Shown in pieces: positions 1 through 11,900 of a stretch of DNA of 64,000 nucleotides (position 1 is its first letter; each line of letters opens with the position of its first letter). A program made the translations under genes and the position numbers. The DNA is from Ascidiella aspersa (Eukaryota). The notes under the pieces were generated by a model that saw only the letters and a program-made list of their open reading frames with translations, was not told where the DNA came from and ran no database searches. The stretch lies in contig OZ004611.1 of the NCBI GenBank assembly GCA_963924565.1, forward strand, positions 22,010,001 to 22,074,000, written 5' to 3'.

Positions 1-572
1 GGGGTCGGGGTCATTATTAAAAAGTAAGATAATTTAATGGCATGGACGTTTGTGACCACGCTTAACGCCACATCGATTAGTTGCTAGGTCGTTTTATAGA
101 TTTAGTCGGGAAATTTACTGTAAGAATTCAGGGTCGCGTGGAAAAACATTGCATTTGTAAATATTTTTGTCGTATGAATTTTTCCAAAATTTTACAGCTG
201 CATTGTATTAGTGCTAAGTTCTTTAACTGTATTTGCTAAGTTCTTTAACTGTATTTGTTATTTTGTTGAAAAATAGCGTCGACTTTGTAGAGGGTATATG
301 GCCGTTTAAAAAAAAATTGCACCGAAATCACCATAAATTTATTTTCGGGAAAGAAATAGAAAGAAACCTGATAAATGATTGCCGCGTGCACCTTTTCTAA
401 TAACATCAACTGGAGCCACGTTTTTTCAATTTTAGAGATTATGTTTGTCCTTTTGTATTTTAAACTAAACTGTATTAGCTGTAACAAGTTAAAAAGTTGG
501 GCATTTACCAGTCGGTTTTTCTTCGAAAGGACGATTAAGGTAAAAATAAATACTGCTATTCAGAAGCTAAAG

Positions 573-1691
573 ATGAAAATAGGCCAGCAAACTTCAGCCC
601 ACGCAGGACATGTTTCTCAAATCAATCAGCCGGAATTGATTTGTGCTAAAGTGGTCAACATTGTTGAGATTCTTGGCGTCCTTTGATCGGAGCAAATTTC
701 GTCGTGTACGGAAAACGCAACAACAAGTGGAAAAGAAAGTCGACTCAACAAAATTCGAATAACAGCAATCCAAGGCCGGTTTTTGTTGTTACAATTTGTG
801 CAATTGTGTTTGCACTACTTCATCTTGCTTCGGTTCAGGTCGCTTTTAATGTTGGTTATGGCAGAAACCATCTCAGTTGTGAGATTGTCAGTTATGTTTC
901 CTACAACCTCTTCACTTGCTTTTACGCATGTTACTATCTAGTTATTTGGTTCAGGCTGCATTACTTTTACAAGAAAATGTCGCTTATACACGAGCTAAAA
1001 CCTTGGATGAAGGTCGTAAAGTATTTGATGTTGGTATTGGTTGTTTTCGGCTGTTTAATGACGGGCGGAATTTACTCGTTTCATAGACATATGGAACCAT
1101 CGGCATTAGGTTGTATTATAAAGCACAGAGGTGATGCATCGCATTGGTCGACAGCTATCGGCTTTGGGATAGTTTGGCTTGGACAGGCGACGATGATCTT
1201 TCAATTCTTGTATCCACTTCGCCTTCAGCTGCAAGGCAACACTGCAAACGAGATCATGCGAATTGCCAAACGATCGGCCATCATTGCAACTATTGGCGGC
1301 CTTACAGACGTCGCAGGCATACTAATACTTAGATATGCCTTGCCTCGCAACCGACCTGCCACTGTTTTCCTTGTCGTGTTTGATCTTGGCCTATTCATCA
1401 ACCTGCTTTGCGTTCTGCTAACTTACGAAGGCTGGCCAAAAAATAGTAACTTGTATTTTAAGAAAGAAGTCAGCTTGTCCCGCCGCTGAAACATCAGTGT
1501 ATAACGTCCAACAAGCGTTTAACGTCGAACCAGGGTCCAAAAATGTGCCTAACGCCGAAACTATGACCAACGCCGATCAAGTGTCTAACTTCAAACCAGT
1601 GCCTAACGACAAAGCAGTGCTTAAAGCCAAACCAGTGCTTAACGACCAACCAGTGCCTAAAGACAAAGCAATGGTCAACGACGACCTATAG
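573..1691 (+). pseudogene. Intronless 7TM receptor-like paralogue 1, two frameshifts (pseudogene or indel sequencing errors)
   Basis: ATG 573 gives MKIGQQ...SQINQPELICAKVVNIVEILGVL. A 1-nt deletion at ~684 (ctt tga tcg ga where paralogue 3 has ctt tgg gtc gga) shifts into ORF 683-1489, which carries the family motifs YYLVIWFRLHYFY, GC, QFLYPLRLQL..IAKRS and FD...INLLCVLLTY..W. An extra A in the run at 1438-1443 shifts again; removing it gives WPKIVTCIL (paralogue 3: WPEMVTGMVL) and joins ORF 1497-1691. Confidence 0.8.
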
Positions 1692-1735
1692 TGCCTAATA
1701 AAGTTCTCATCGGCGAACTAGTACCTAACGCTTAT
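1545..1735 (+). repeat. Degenerate 18-bp (6-aa) tandem repeat in the C-terminal tail of paralogue 1
   Basis: Units such as cagtgcctaacgacaaag, cagtgcttaaagccaaac, cagtgcttaacgaccaac and cagtgcctaaagacaaag; translates as [24 protein letters not shown] and continues degenerately past the stop. Confidence 0.75.
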
Positions 1736-3414
1736 TCATCAGAAAACAAGTGATTTAAAAAGATGATAACTGCATAGTAGGTAGGGCACTAAATGTTTGG
1801 CAATATAAAGAGGTCCTTAAGGCACGTTTTTCTATTTGTTGCTTCAAAACTTGTTGCTAATTGTACGTTTGTGTCGAAGTTTGTTGCAACGATGTTGCCC
1901 ACCTGCTTGGTTGTCACGTTTAAATTTGAATACGGAAAACATGACTATGACCATTCTATTAACGTAAAAGGGTCTATCAATGTGTTTTGTTTCCTTCAAA
2001 ATGCTTATTTTTCTGACACATTTTCCAACTAGATTGTATCACAGACTACGGACAAACATATTACAATCATGTCAAATGTTAATTTGTCGAAATGTTTTAA
2101 TTGCGTAACCAGATGTACGCGCCTTTAGTTAATATTTTTTAGAGAGTCACGTATTGCCTTTCGTTTTTAAGAAACCTGCTCGTATGTATAACTTTATGCA
2201 TATAAAAAAAAAAAGACTGTGAAAACAAACTAATGTAATTCCATTTTCAATAAAATGTGCGTCGTTCAGCAACACACCATGTCATGTGAGAAACAATCAA
2301 ATGTCGCTTTCCTGGATTCGCAGACCTATAATCGGCTAACAATGCTTAAAACACCTATGGAATTACATGCTGGCCTTTGAACAAGAGTTATATGGAGGGA
2401 ACTGTAGGTCACTTGCCTCAGTTACCCCTTTACGGTAGCACGGATATTACTATAGACAGTATAGAGTATAGAATATATTAAAGACTATTAAACGAGATTC
2501 AGAAAACAAAGCTCAAAAAGTAGGAATTGCTACTTTTATGCCTACCTTAACTATTTTAGTTTGTCGTTTTCATGCTCAAATGGTCTGTAGGTACGAAAAT
2601 GCCTTAATTTGCGGATATGTTTCATAAGTTTCGGACACATGGATAATTTATCTCTGGGTTTCCGCTACGAAAATGAAAGCCACGGTGATTTCAAGAACGC
2701 ACACAAAATCAACTAATCTTACGGATGCACATATTATAAATCACATTGCAAAGAACTTACAAACTCACAGCGATAATAAAAATAAATAATTCGGAAAAGT
2801 GCATTTAAACACAAACAAGTAAATATTTAAAAAGTACTTGTTCAATTGAAGTCAAACAGTACTTAAAACATTGAACTGTATTTACAAAAAAGCAGAATTA
2901 AAGGATAGGTGGTTTACAGGAATTGAACAAACGCCATATATATACAGTTAATTAGTCATCTAAGTTTAAAGTTAGACGTACAGTGTTGCTTAGTTGTAAA
3001 AAGACTCCACATTTTAGTTTTATAATCATTGCTTTTTCGATTACTGTAATGACGTTGTTAGGACGGCTGAAATTTTTCCCAAGTGTTTGGGTACGGCTAA
3101 TGATAGAAATTGGTTCTCAATCTTTCACAAGTGGTAACCTCTTTCTATGGACTTTTACTTCGTGTCCTTCCTTTCTCAACAATATAAAAATGCTTCGCAT
3201 AAAGTCACAAAGGAGGTTTCTAAAGTTATAATAAAAACGAAAATTAAAGTTTAACTGTCTATAATTAAATAAAACGTGTATGTGTTCCCCCTAAAGACTG
3301 TGAAAAAGCGCTGGTGTAGGACATACATTTGAACGTGGCATAAAAAGCAATTACGAGAAAAAACAGTCAAACTTAAAAACAACTTAATTGCAAAACCTAC
3401 AAATAACGCGACCC

Positions 3415-4452
3415 TTAAATGTTTCCCGACGACGCAGTCAGGGCGGACGGCTGCGGTGAACCTACTGGTATTTCAGCCTTCCCGCGTCGGCAAAGCACGA
3501 TACTCCGCCAGGACACAAACGTTAGGAGAACACACAACAGGTCAACCACCACGTTGACGTCGAACAACAGCTGGTTGACGTGTTTCGTCGCGTCGCCGGG
3601 CACCAAAATCACGTTGGCGACCACGGCCAGCAGGTCGGTGATCACACAGAGGCTTGCCGCGGCCGTGAGACGCTTGGCGATTTGTCGGATCCTTGCCGCG
3701 TTGCTGCCGCGAAGCTGGAAACGAAGCGGCCTCAGGAACTGAAAGATCATGGCCGCTTGCGAGAGCAGCACGACCGCGAAAACGAGGTACAGAGGCCAGA
3801 AGACAGGCGACTGGTGCCGGTCGACGCAGCCTCGTCGCGAACTGGTAAAATCCAGTTTGTAGGTATACACCGCTACACTGGCGACGACGCCGGACGTGGC
3901 AAATACCAGCGTCAGCCACTTGAGCAGGCGCATCCACGGGCTGAGTGCATGGATCCGGGCAACGTTGGCGTAGAGCCGGTTTAGGCGGAACCAGAGCGCC
4001 AGGTAGTAACTGAGGTAGAAACACGTGTAGAAAACTGCCGACAGGTCGAGAACTATGTCGCACAATTGCGAATCTTCAACCCCGTAACCAACGTTGAAGG
4101 CGAACTGACTGCTGACCAGTCGTAGCCAGGCGAAAGCAGCGGCGGCAAGGCTGCTGATCAGCACTGGCGATAAACCGTTTCCAGGTTTCCTCTTGTCATT
4201 AACTCGTTGCCATTTGTGGCGTCGGATTCCGTGGACAGCGAAGGCAATTACTATCCAGGTAACACATGCGATGGCGATGCCGCCCACCGCCGCCGACGCC
4301 AGCCATTCTGGTTGCGTGAAACGGGAGAAGTTACCACTGGTGTCGTTTAGATGGTTACCACTGGTGTCGTTTAGTTGGTTGCCGCTGGTTTCGTTTAGTT
4401 GGTTGCCGCTGGTGTCACTTAGATGTGTCTTGGTGTCGTTCGCAGCTTGCAT
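3415..4452 (-). CDS. Intronless 7TM receptor-like protein, paralogue 2 (345 aa, intact)
   Basis: Single ORF with seven hydrophobic segments, N-terminal N-glycosylation sequons, Cys at the top of TM3 (LCDIV) and in ECL2 (GCVD), and family motifs YYLALWFRL, QFLRPLRFQLRGSNAARIRQIAKR and FD...VDLLCVLLTFVSW. Confidence 0.9.
   Translation of the reverse strand: MQAANDTKTHLSDTSGNQLNETSGNQLNDTSGNHLNDTSGNFSRFTQPEWLASAAVGGIAIACVTWIVIAFAVHGIRRHKWQRVNDKRKPGNGLSPVLISSLAAAAFAWLRLVSSQFAFNVGYGVEDSQLCDIVLDLSAVFYTCFYLSYYLALWFRLNRLYANVARIHALSPWMRLLKWLTLVFATSGVVASVAVYTYKLDFTSSRRGCVDRHQSPVFWPLYLVFAVVLLSQAAMIFQFLRPLRFQLRGSNAARIRQIAKRLTAAASLCVITDLLAVVANVILVPGDATKHVNQLLFDVNVVVDLLCVLLTFVSWRSIVLCRRGKAEIPVGSPQPSALTASSGNI
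4327..4422 (-). repeat. 24-bp (8-aa) tandem repeat x4 in the N-terminus of paralogue 2
   Basis: LSDTSGNQ-LNETSGNQ-LNDTSGNH-LNDTSGNF. Confidence 0.9.
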
Positions 4453-6164
4453 TTTGTCAAACTTTTAAATTAAAAAAGACTTACAGAGGCCACCTGCGAA
4501 AGTTGAACGAAATTTAGATGTCAAACTGGTAATAACTGCCGCAGAATTTAGATTTGTTAGATAGTATTTGCTACTTCGATTTGTGTAAGGTTTTTTTTTG
4601 TCTTGGTTTGGGACCCTTTTTACTGTCAGCTGAGTATGCAAGTCAGCCTGTAATGACAAACTTTTAAAATATAAGTAAAACAAAATCCATTTCTGAAATC
4701 AGTTGAAAAACAACGTCCATCGCATGTCCAATCTGTACATTTTTCAGCCGTTTGTATCCATATATTTTTGTGCGTAACGGATATCAATCTGACTACAAGA
4801 ACCTGGACTAAACGCTGCCCTGCTAACCTGTAAATAACCTACGATTTTCTTAGTGTTTAATAATCATGATATTTTTTAACAGTTGCCAAACAAGTTTGAA
4901 ACGCAGACTTAGAATTTCGTTTTCCGTCAATATCCATTGACTACAAAGTACCATATTTAGATAAAACCTTACAAACAAACAACATGGATAGCTAGATATG
5001 TGAATACCGTTCTTGAAAACTGGCTCCGCAATACTAGTGAGCATTAATTTGCACAGGCCTCCTTTATAAAAAATCGTTCAATGGTATTTTGGAAAATACA
5101 ATACTCTGTCCCATCAAGAAACTGACAGAAGTTGCACGCGACAAAGTTCATGGCCCGTGAAACGAGCTGCAGCCTATAAATAAGCCTTTAAACTTGGCAA
5201 ACGCGTGAATAAGTCTATACAAGCGTTGTGTGCCGCGTGGTGCGCAACTGTTTAGAGCTTTTAACAAACGGCTGAGCGCAGCAACCGTATTGCGCAACCT
5301 ATGTATGTTTATTTTAATGGAATCCGAATTTGCTTGCGGCAACAGCCAGCGAGCCATATAGTATCGTATAGTTCTGCGCTTAAACAATCGGTTTCGAGCA
5401 ACACAGAATCAACGCCTGATGAAGTCATAGTCGAATGTGTCATAGCGGGTTGTTGTGACACATTCTCGGCAAATAATAAAGAAGAGCGAAGGTGTCAAGT
5501 GAATAAAAACTGTGCTGGTTTAAAAACCATAAAACTTTAATTTAATGACATATATCCAAAAAATCAAATCAAGAAAGAAGATTCATGTTGGCATATGACA
5601 TCACCAAATGACGACGAGTTAGTAATTACCCGATACTCGAATACTGACCGATTTTTCAGTACCTAAAAATGCCTTAAAACTTTTCAACTTAAACCCAAAT
5701 TTTACGAAAACGTCTGAATACTAGACTTTGTAATAAAGTAAAATCTGCAAATCAAGCATTAGAATAAAACGACTATCTTGTCGTAACGATATACGCTACC
5801 TGTCTAAGAAAAATCAACAACCGCAAGGGTTATTATCACCTTAACAAAAAAATGTCCACTAATAAGGCTGTCGAAAATTTTGCGATGGGCCCACGGCATT
5901 TGCGAGCATCTCAAGCAAGCGGACTTCCGTACCATGTAACCAAGCTTTCGAAGTGCCATTTTCTTGTTGAGAGTTGATAAAGTGTTTTTTGCACTTGCGT
6001 CAATGGCATGTCGCCCATCTGCATAAGTGACGCATGTCCTACGGCATAGTGCATGTCGCGCTGTACCATAACCATTTATCTTGGCACAGTATTTCGAGTG
6101 TTATGTTTATTTACTCTTGGCTTGCGCGTTCTTCGAAATATGACAACAACGCGTTTGAATGGAA

Positions 6165-6560
6165 GTGTTTCTAACAAGTCCTTTGGGAAAGACTTTAGTC
6201 CCAGTTAATCATGCTCAAGTCTTCTCCAAGTCAAGTAATTGATGCTAAAATACAACGTTAAGTATATTAAATTGGATAAACTCGATTATGAGCAATAACT
6301 CAACTGACGATAACAAAAACGCAACATATAGCCAGAAAAAATGTTTTACGTGTAAAAAATAGGATAAATAACACAATTTTACAAAATAATTGTCTAATAA
6401 AAACGTTTATTTTCATCCGAGTCATTTGATTAAATTACTTAATACCGAGTAAATAGATCGTCTTAAATACTTAAGTCAAGTTAAGTAATTTAAAAAACTC
6501 ACTCAAGATTTTTAATCTAATTTTTTTTTAAATGACAACTATAATGGATGTCTCTAGTTA
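6165..6560. mobile_element. Degenerate GACTT/AAGTC-repeat MITE-like element
   Basis: aagtcaagt motifs at both ends; the end gtgtttctaacaagtc resembles the reverse complement of the end of the 18210-18755 copy. Confidence 0.5.
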
Positions 6561-8128
6561 TGCTTTGACTGCATTTCTCGGCAAAAGGCTGAAGACTGAG
6601 AATATTTTTTGTGGCACGCCGATTTATGTTGTTGCATATTTTTTAAGTTTTGCAGTATATCTTTATAGCGATAAACTTGATAAATAACCTTCGGGCTGCC
6701 CTATCCTTTTAAAAAACGGTGCAAAAATTGCAAAAAGATTTTATGCAATTTGCACATTTTTCATGTTTTATATATTTCCTGTATTGCACCTTCGGTTTAG
6801 AGGAGTCTAAAATAGTATGCATTATTGGCATAAATATTTCTTCTGAGAGAATCACATTCGTCGACACTTTGACTGAATTTTACAGAAATGCTTGCAAAGG
6901 TTCTTATATCTATGCGAGTTTGTGAATTTTTGCCCACCGTATAGAAATCGTTTTTACCTTAAAAGTGGCGTATGGTTACGTCAACCGTAAATAAACGGTC
7001 ACTTCCATCCCTGTAATTTTGAAACGCTGCAATCGAGAATATTTGTTGTTCTCATTTCGTGTACTTCCATTTGAGGTTGAGGTAAGTCGCGGATTTGCGA
7101 AAAGGTTAAATGTCTAGCGCATTCGAAAACGGTCGCTGCCGGCACGCGTTATACAGCTTTATATATAGCTTTGAAGTGTGCAGCAATTAGGACTTCTTTT
7201 CTATTGATTTGTGTAAGGCAAATGTTATATTGAATGGCAACGAATGCAGTTAAACTGTTAGATGAGCAGACAATTTGTTTTTAGACCTGAAGGAAGCAGC
7301 CGTACAGTGAAGCCGTTGCCTAATTTAAGCAGAAAGTTAGTGGCCCCATTTGTTCCTCTGCGAGTATACTGAACTTTTTCATGCGACATTTTAAAAAGAC
7401 AAAGCATTTGAAGAAAAACTGGTTAGAACAGCAATAAGAAAGCGTGTTTCGCGTTTGCGCCAACTGACGTTCGTCTGCAGAGCTGACGCAACTTCCAATA
7501 TGCTGCACACCACGCGCCAGCAAACCTATTCATCTTGTTGGCCTATGAAGGCACGATGTAGTTTTTCGTGTGTTTACACCCATCGGCTTGACCGTGTGTC
7601 GAAAATTAGACGGCTCCACACTTTGTGTAATCGTAATGCAGGGCCGCGTCACTTGTTAAACATTTGGGACAATGGAACTTGTTTTCTTTGGGTGTCGTGT
7701 AAGCCAAACGGATCCAACGAAATATACTGAGTCCAACGTAAGCGAACTTCACCTAAATTTTGTGCGGTAACATACTTCAAGAAGTTCTTAAACATAAAAA
7801 TATTAAATTGGTTACATCGAAGTTAATTTTGATTAAGGCAATATAATTTATGTTTACGCAGGTAAATTCGTTTTTAGCGAAGGCGATGGTCGGCCCTAAC
7901 GAAAACCCGTGACATATAGGGAACCGCTCACAAACGTAAAACCTTAAGTTGTAGAAGCCATTTTTTGCATTGTGTGATATTCAAACAAATACGTAATCCC
8001 GGTACCATACTGTGTCCAACGTAAGTAAAATCTCGTTCAAAAAGCAGTGTGACGTCGCCGATCCTTTATTTAGGCGACGATTGCTCTGTCTGCCTCGTTT
8101 AAGATCGCATACCAGCGACCGACTAGGC

Positions 8129-8478
8129 CAGCGATTCTCAACCAGTGGGCCATGGCTCACTAGTGGGCCATGGGAACATTTTGAGTGGGCCACAGATCAA
8201 TTTAATAAAGCTATATTTAATGAAGAATTAAGTTTTATTCGTGTCACTACACTTAATTTTACAGAAATAATGGCTTGGGATGGAATGTAAATTTGTTGTT
8301 CAGCAGCTACAGTATCTCACAAATGCACGGTTGAAGAAATATTCTGTTTTGAAACATGTTCTGCTGTTTTTTGTTCTAAACCTATTTCATAGTTGTTTTT
8401 TCCATAAACATTATTGGGCCACAGATTTTTTTGTGCATAGAAAATGGGCCACGAAAGAAAAAAGGTTGAGAATCACTG
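8129..8478. mobile_element. hAT-type MITE (350 bp) with perfect 8-bp TSD
   Basis: TIRs cagcgattctcaacc / ggttgagaatcactg; identical flanks gactaggc (8121-8128 and 8479-8486); homologous copy at 62248-62595. Confidence 0.9.
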
Positions 8479-8994
8479 GACTAGGCGAACGTCCGCCATC
8501 CTCCGTCCGGCGGACAAACGTTCTCAATATCATGTTTTTAGGGCTTCGAATGAATTTCGTCTAACATTGCATTGTTTTCATTTTTATATGAGGTCCAGAT
8601 ACCAAAAGAAAACCATCTGAAATAATAATTTAGGTGTGTGTCCTACTTATACTGGAAACAGTTTAACTTATACTGATTTTTAGTATTACGATATAAGCAG
8701 ATTTGACGACAACCTGCATAAGGACCCCCTTAGTTTTTTGCCACATACAAGTAAATAGTTCGCTTGCTTTGGTGCAAAACGTTTTCTCGAAGACCTGTCA
8801 TTGTTTTTTGTTCAGTCGTGACACAACCAAAAATGCCATTCAATAACGGTTTCCTCAAAAGAAAGATCTAAGAAAATAGCAAGGGGGGCCTTCGGCAAAA
8901 CTTTCCTTCGCAAAATGTATAGCTTATTATACATTGCTTACTCTTAAAGTAGACGATTTAGTTTTATATAGATCAATAGAGTGGTAACTTACAA

Positions 8995-9397
8995 CAGAGT
9001 TGGATCTATTGTAATTTGTAATTGCCAGTGATGTTTTTGTTGTAATTGTAAGTATAATGTAATTAAGGCATTTTCATTCTGTGTACTGTAATTCTAATTG
9101 TTATTTTCTTAATTTTTGGCTCAATACATTGATATTGAGAAAATTGAAGTTTCAATAGTGTTACACGTTGTTTATTTTCTTTGGGAAGCGATGAGACATA
9201 ACATTTTTAAACACGTGGCCGTTGGCTTGACTGTAGTGTGTATTTGTAGTCTATGCCATGCCTAAAGGCATACCTTCATTGTAATTGAATTTGATCTTTT
9301 TTAGCACGGAGTAATTGTAAAGTAATTGAAATATTTAAGGGAGTAATTCTAATTGTAATTGCAATTGAACTGAATTTATTAAATTGATCCAACTCTG
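8995..9397. mobile_element. MITE with 12-bp perfect TIR and internal GTAATT repeats
   Basis: cagagttggatc ... gatccaactctg, with many gtaatt(g) subterminal repeats; no clear TSD. Confidence 0.75.
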
Positions 9398-9531
9398 GTG
9401 TAAAGTGGGTTAAACTTCAGATTTACATTAAATTACGCTGAACGTTATACATGTTTGCACTGCATTCTGCGCATGTGATATGACGTTGCATTGTAAATTG
9501 TAGGATGTAACTATATACTAACGCGTTAGAG

Positions 9532-10455
9532 ATGGGAAACTTTTCACTCTGTTACGAGCCCGGTTGGGTTGTGGCGGAATTCTTTAACGTCCTAGAAACG
9601 CTCGGCGTCCTTTGGGTCGGAGCGAATTTCGTACTGTACGGAATCCGCAACGGCAAATGGAAAGCCGAAAGTGAGTCGTCGGAAATCGCCAGCGCAAATC
9701 CGCGTTCCGTTTACGTCAGTACGGTCGCTGCCTTTGCGTTGGCGCTGCTTCGCTTAATCTCAAGTCAGGTGCTGTTCAACCTGAACCACGCTTGCAAGCT
9801 CGCAATGGACACTTCCAAGCTGCTCTACGTTTGTTTCGTGATTTGCTACTACCTAGTTCTATGGTTCAGGCTGCACTACCTCTACAGAAGAATCGCAAAA
9901 GTGCGCTCGATCGGTCGACGAACTGAATGTGCTAAGTGGCTGACACTGGTTGCGTTCGCCCTGGCCAGTGTCGTAGGCTACCTGCTGCACGCCGCCAGGC
10001 TGACAGCACACGGCTCCCCACGAGGCTGTGTGGCCGAAAACCAGTCGTGGGTACACTACTAGCCGCTGCTGGTAGCCTTTGCAGTCGGCTGGCTAGCTCA
10101 GTCACTGCTGGTCGTCCAGTTCCTGCTGCCACTTCGCTTTCAGCTGCGCGGCTCCAACGCTGCCAAGATCCGGCGAATCGCAGCGCGCTCGGCGGTCATT
10201 GCGTCACTGAGCGTCGCCAGTGACGTCACAGCCCTGGTGACGAACTTGCGCCTAAGGCCGCGCGCCCAGTTCGTCACGTCGGCCATCTTCGACGCCGTTC
10301 TATCCGTGCACGTGTTCTGCATGATATTGACTTTCGAGTTTTGGCCCGAGATGGTCACAGGTATGGTTTTAAAGCCAAGAGGCGCCCCACGCCTGCGATC
10401 CGCAACCATCAGCGTCAACACTGTAGCGTATCGGGAAATGCAAACATTTAGTTAA
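9532..10455 (+). pseudogene. Intronless 7TM receptor-like paralogue 3 with one in-frame nonsense codon
   Basis: ORFs 9532-10062 and 10237-10455 share a frame. TAG at 10060-10062 sits where paralogues have Trp (HY*PLLVAF vs FWPLYLVF/VWPPYVAF); the downstream frame continues with QFLLPLRFQLRGSNAAKIRRIAARS and FD..LTFEFW. Confidence 0.88.
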
Positions 10456-11900
10456 GGTTTTTGGATTAAGCTGTGTCGTTTGCGCGCCATTTTCTATTTT
10501 AAAACGAAATTCGTATTTGTTATGGTTTATATCTTTTTTAGAACAAAATGCGTTTTCATTACCTATAACTAATTGTACTGGGAACTACATAAAAGTTTAA
10601 GCTTACCGTTTTAAATTCGAAAACAGCAACTGAAAATTGCTTTCATATTACAAACTTAGTTTGTGAAATGTTTTTCGGTTCGCATATTAAACGTAACCAT
10701 AACGGAAAATTGTGTCCGACCCAATTTATCGAACTTTTGTAAGTAGACAAAACGTAAGATAATAGAAATAATATAATTTAATTGCTTCCGTAAATTTATC
10801 AAACTTTGGAAAAATCTTCAACTCTTCTCAATTCAATTAAATCACAAAGGGTTCGCTTTCTTGCTTGCCATATTTTGTCCCAATTAATTTTTGTATGATT
10901 TTTGTGTTTGTTACTTTTCATACCGTAAACTGCTTGGCTAAATTAACTTTCAAACAGTCTATTTTTTTTTAAATGCAGATAGATCTCCGAATTTGAAAAA
11001 AAGGGTTACATTATAGGCGTTTTTTTACTGGAAGCGCGTTTCAAACGCATTTGCCGTCTATCGCTGTATGAACGAGTGTGGCAAATTTTAAGCATATTCA
11101 AAAAACGAAGATTTGCGACATGCTGGTCCAAAAATCGTAGTCATGTCTATTTGGTATGTTCGTAAACCAAAGGTATTTAAGAAACCTAAACATTGTCAGT
11201 TAAAACAATAAATTTATTAAATTACGCACTAAAACGGCAACAGTCACATACATTATATAATATATAGTCCTGAAAACTAAAATAACTAAGGAGGAATTTA
11301 AATATTGTGATTAGCCCCAAATTATTTCACTTCCTGCATTAGTACAGACTGTTTATTGACGCCTGAAACAGCTCGAGCTCAGATTTGTCGCGAGGATCTA
11401 CTAGATTGATGGATTTCCCGCTGTTGTACAACGTTCAGTGTGTATCTTTTTCTGGCGCTTTAAACGTTTCGTGTGATTTACCGCCTGCACCAGAACGCGG
11501 ACAACAATAGACTAAAAGAGTTGTTAAGTACCGCAATATCCGGTGATATGGGAGAGCTTACTGCAAAATATCACGTTGTTCGGGTGTTTACCTTATTAAA
11601 AAAACTTGCCTGGCTTTGTTTTGCATGATTTTTTAATTTCATGCAGCATATATTACAAGATATAAAAGTTAAGAAAAAGGAAAAAGCAAAGGTTGGTAAA
11701 TTAGGTTTCTTTTTTTTGGTGTGAACTAAAACCCGGAATAAACACGCAGTTAATAAATAAGACAGACAAATGGTCCTCAACCTTCTTTTTCGCGGCATGT
11801 CCTTATTCCATTTTCAGAGTGAACCCAAATAGTAACTTGTGTTTACTAATGACATAGTTTGCCTATATACTCTCATACACTGTGTGTTGATGAATACTTT

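Noticed and set aside
213-257. 22-bp direct repeat x2 (similar short duplications at ~13950-14140, ~59646-59689 and ~63218-63270)
   Set aside because: Ordinary local slippage duplications with no sign of function.
3419-4468. Overlapping ORFs (3419-3742, 3542-4063, 3580-3984, 4193-4468)
   Set aside because: Shadow frames of the GC-rich receptor CDS 3415-4452; no independent protein features.
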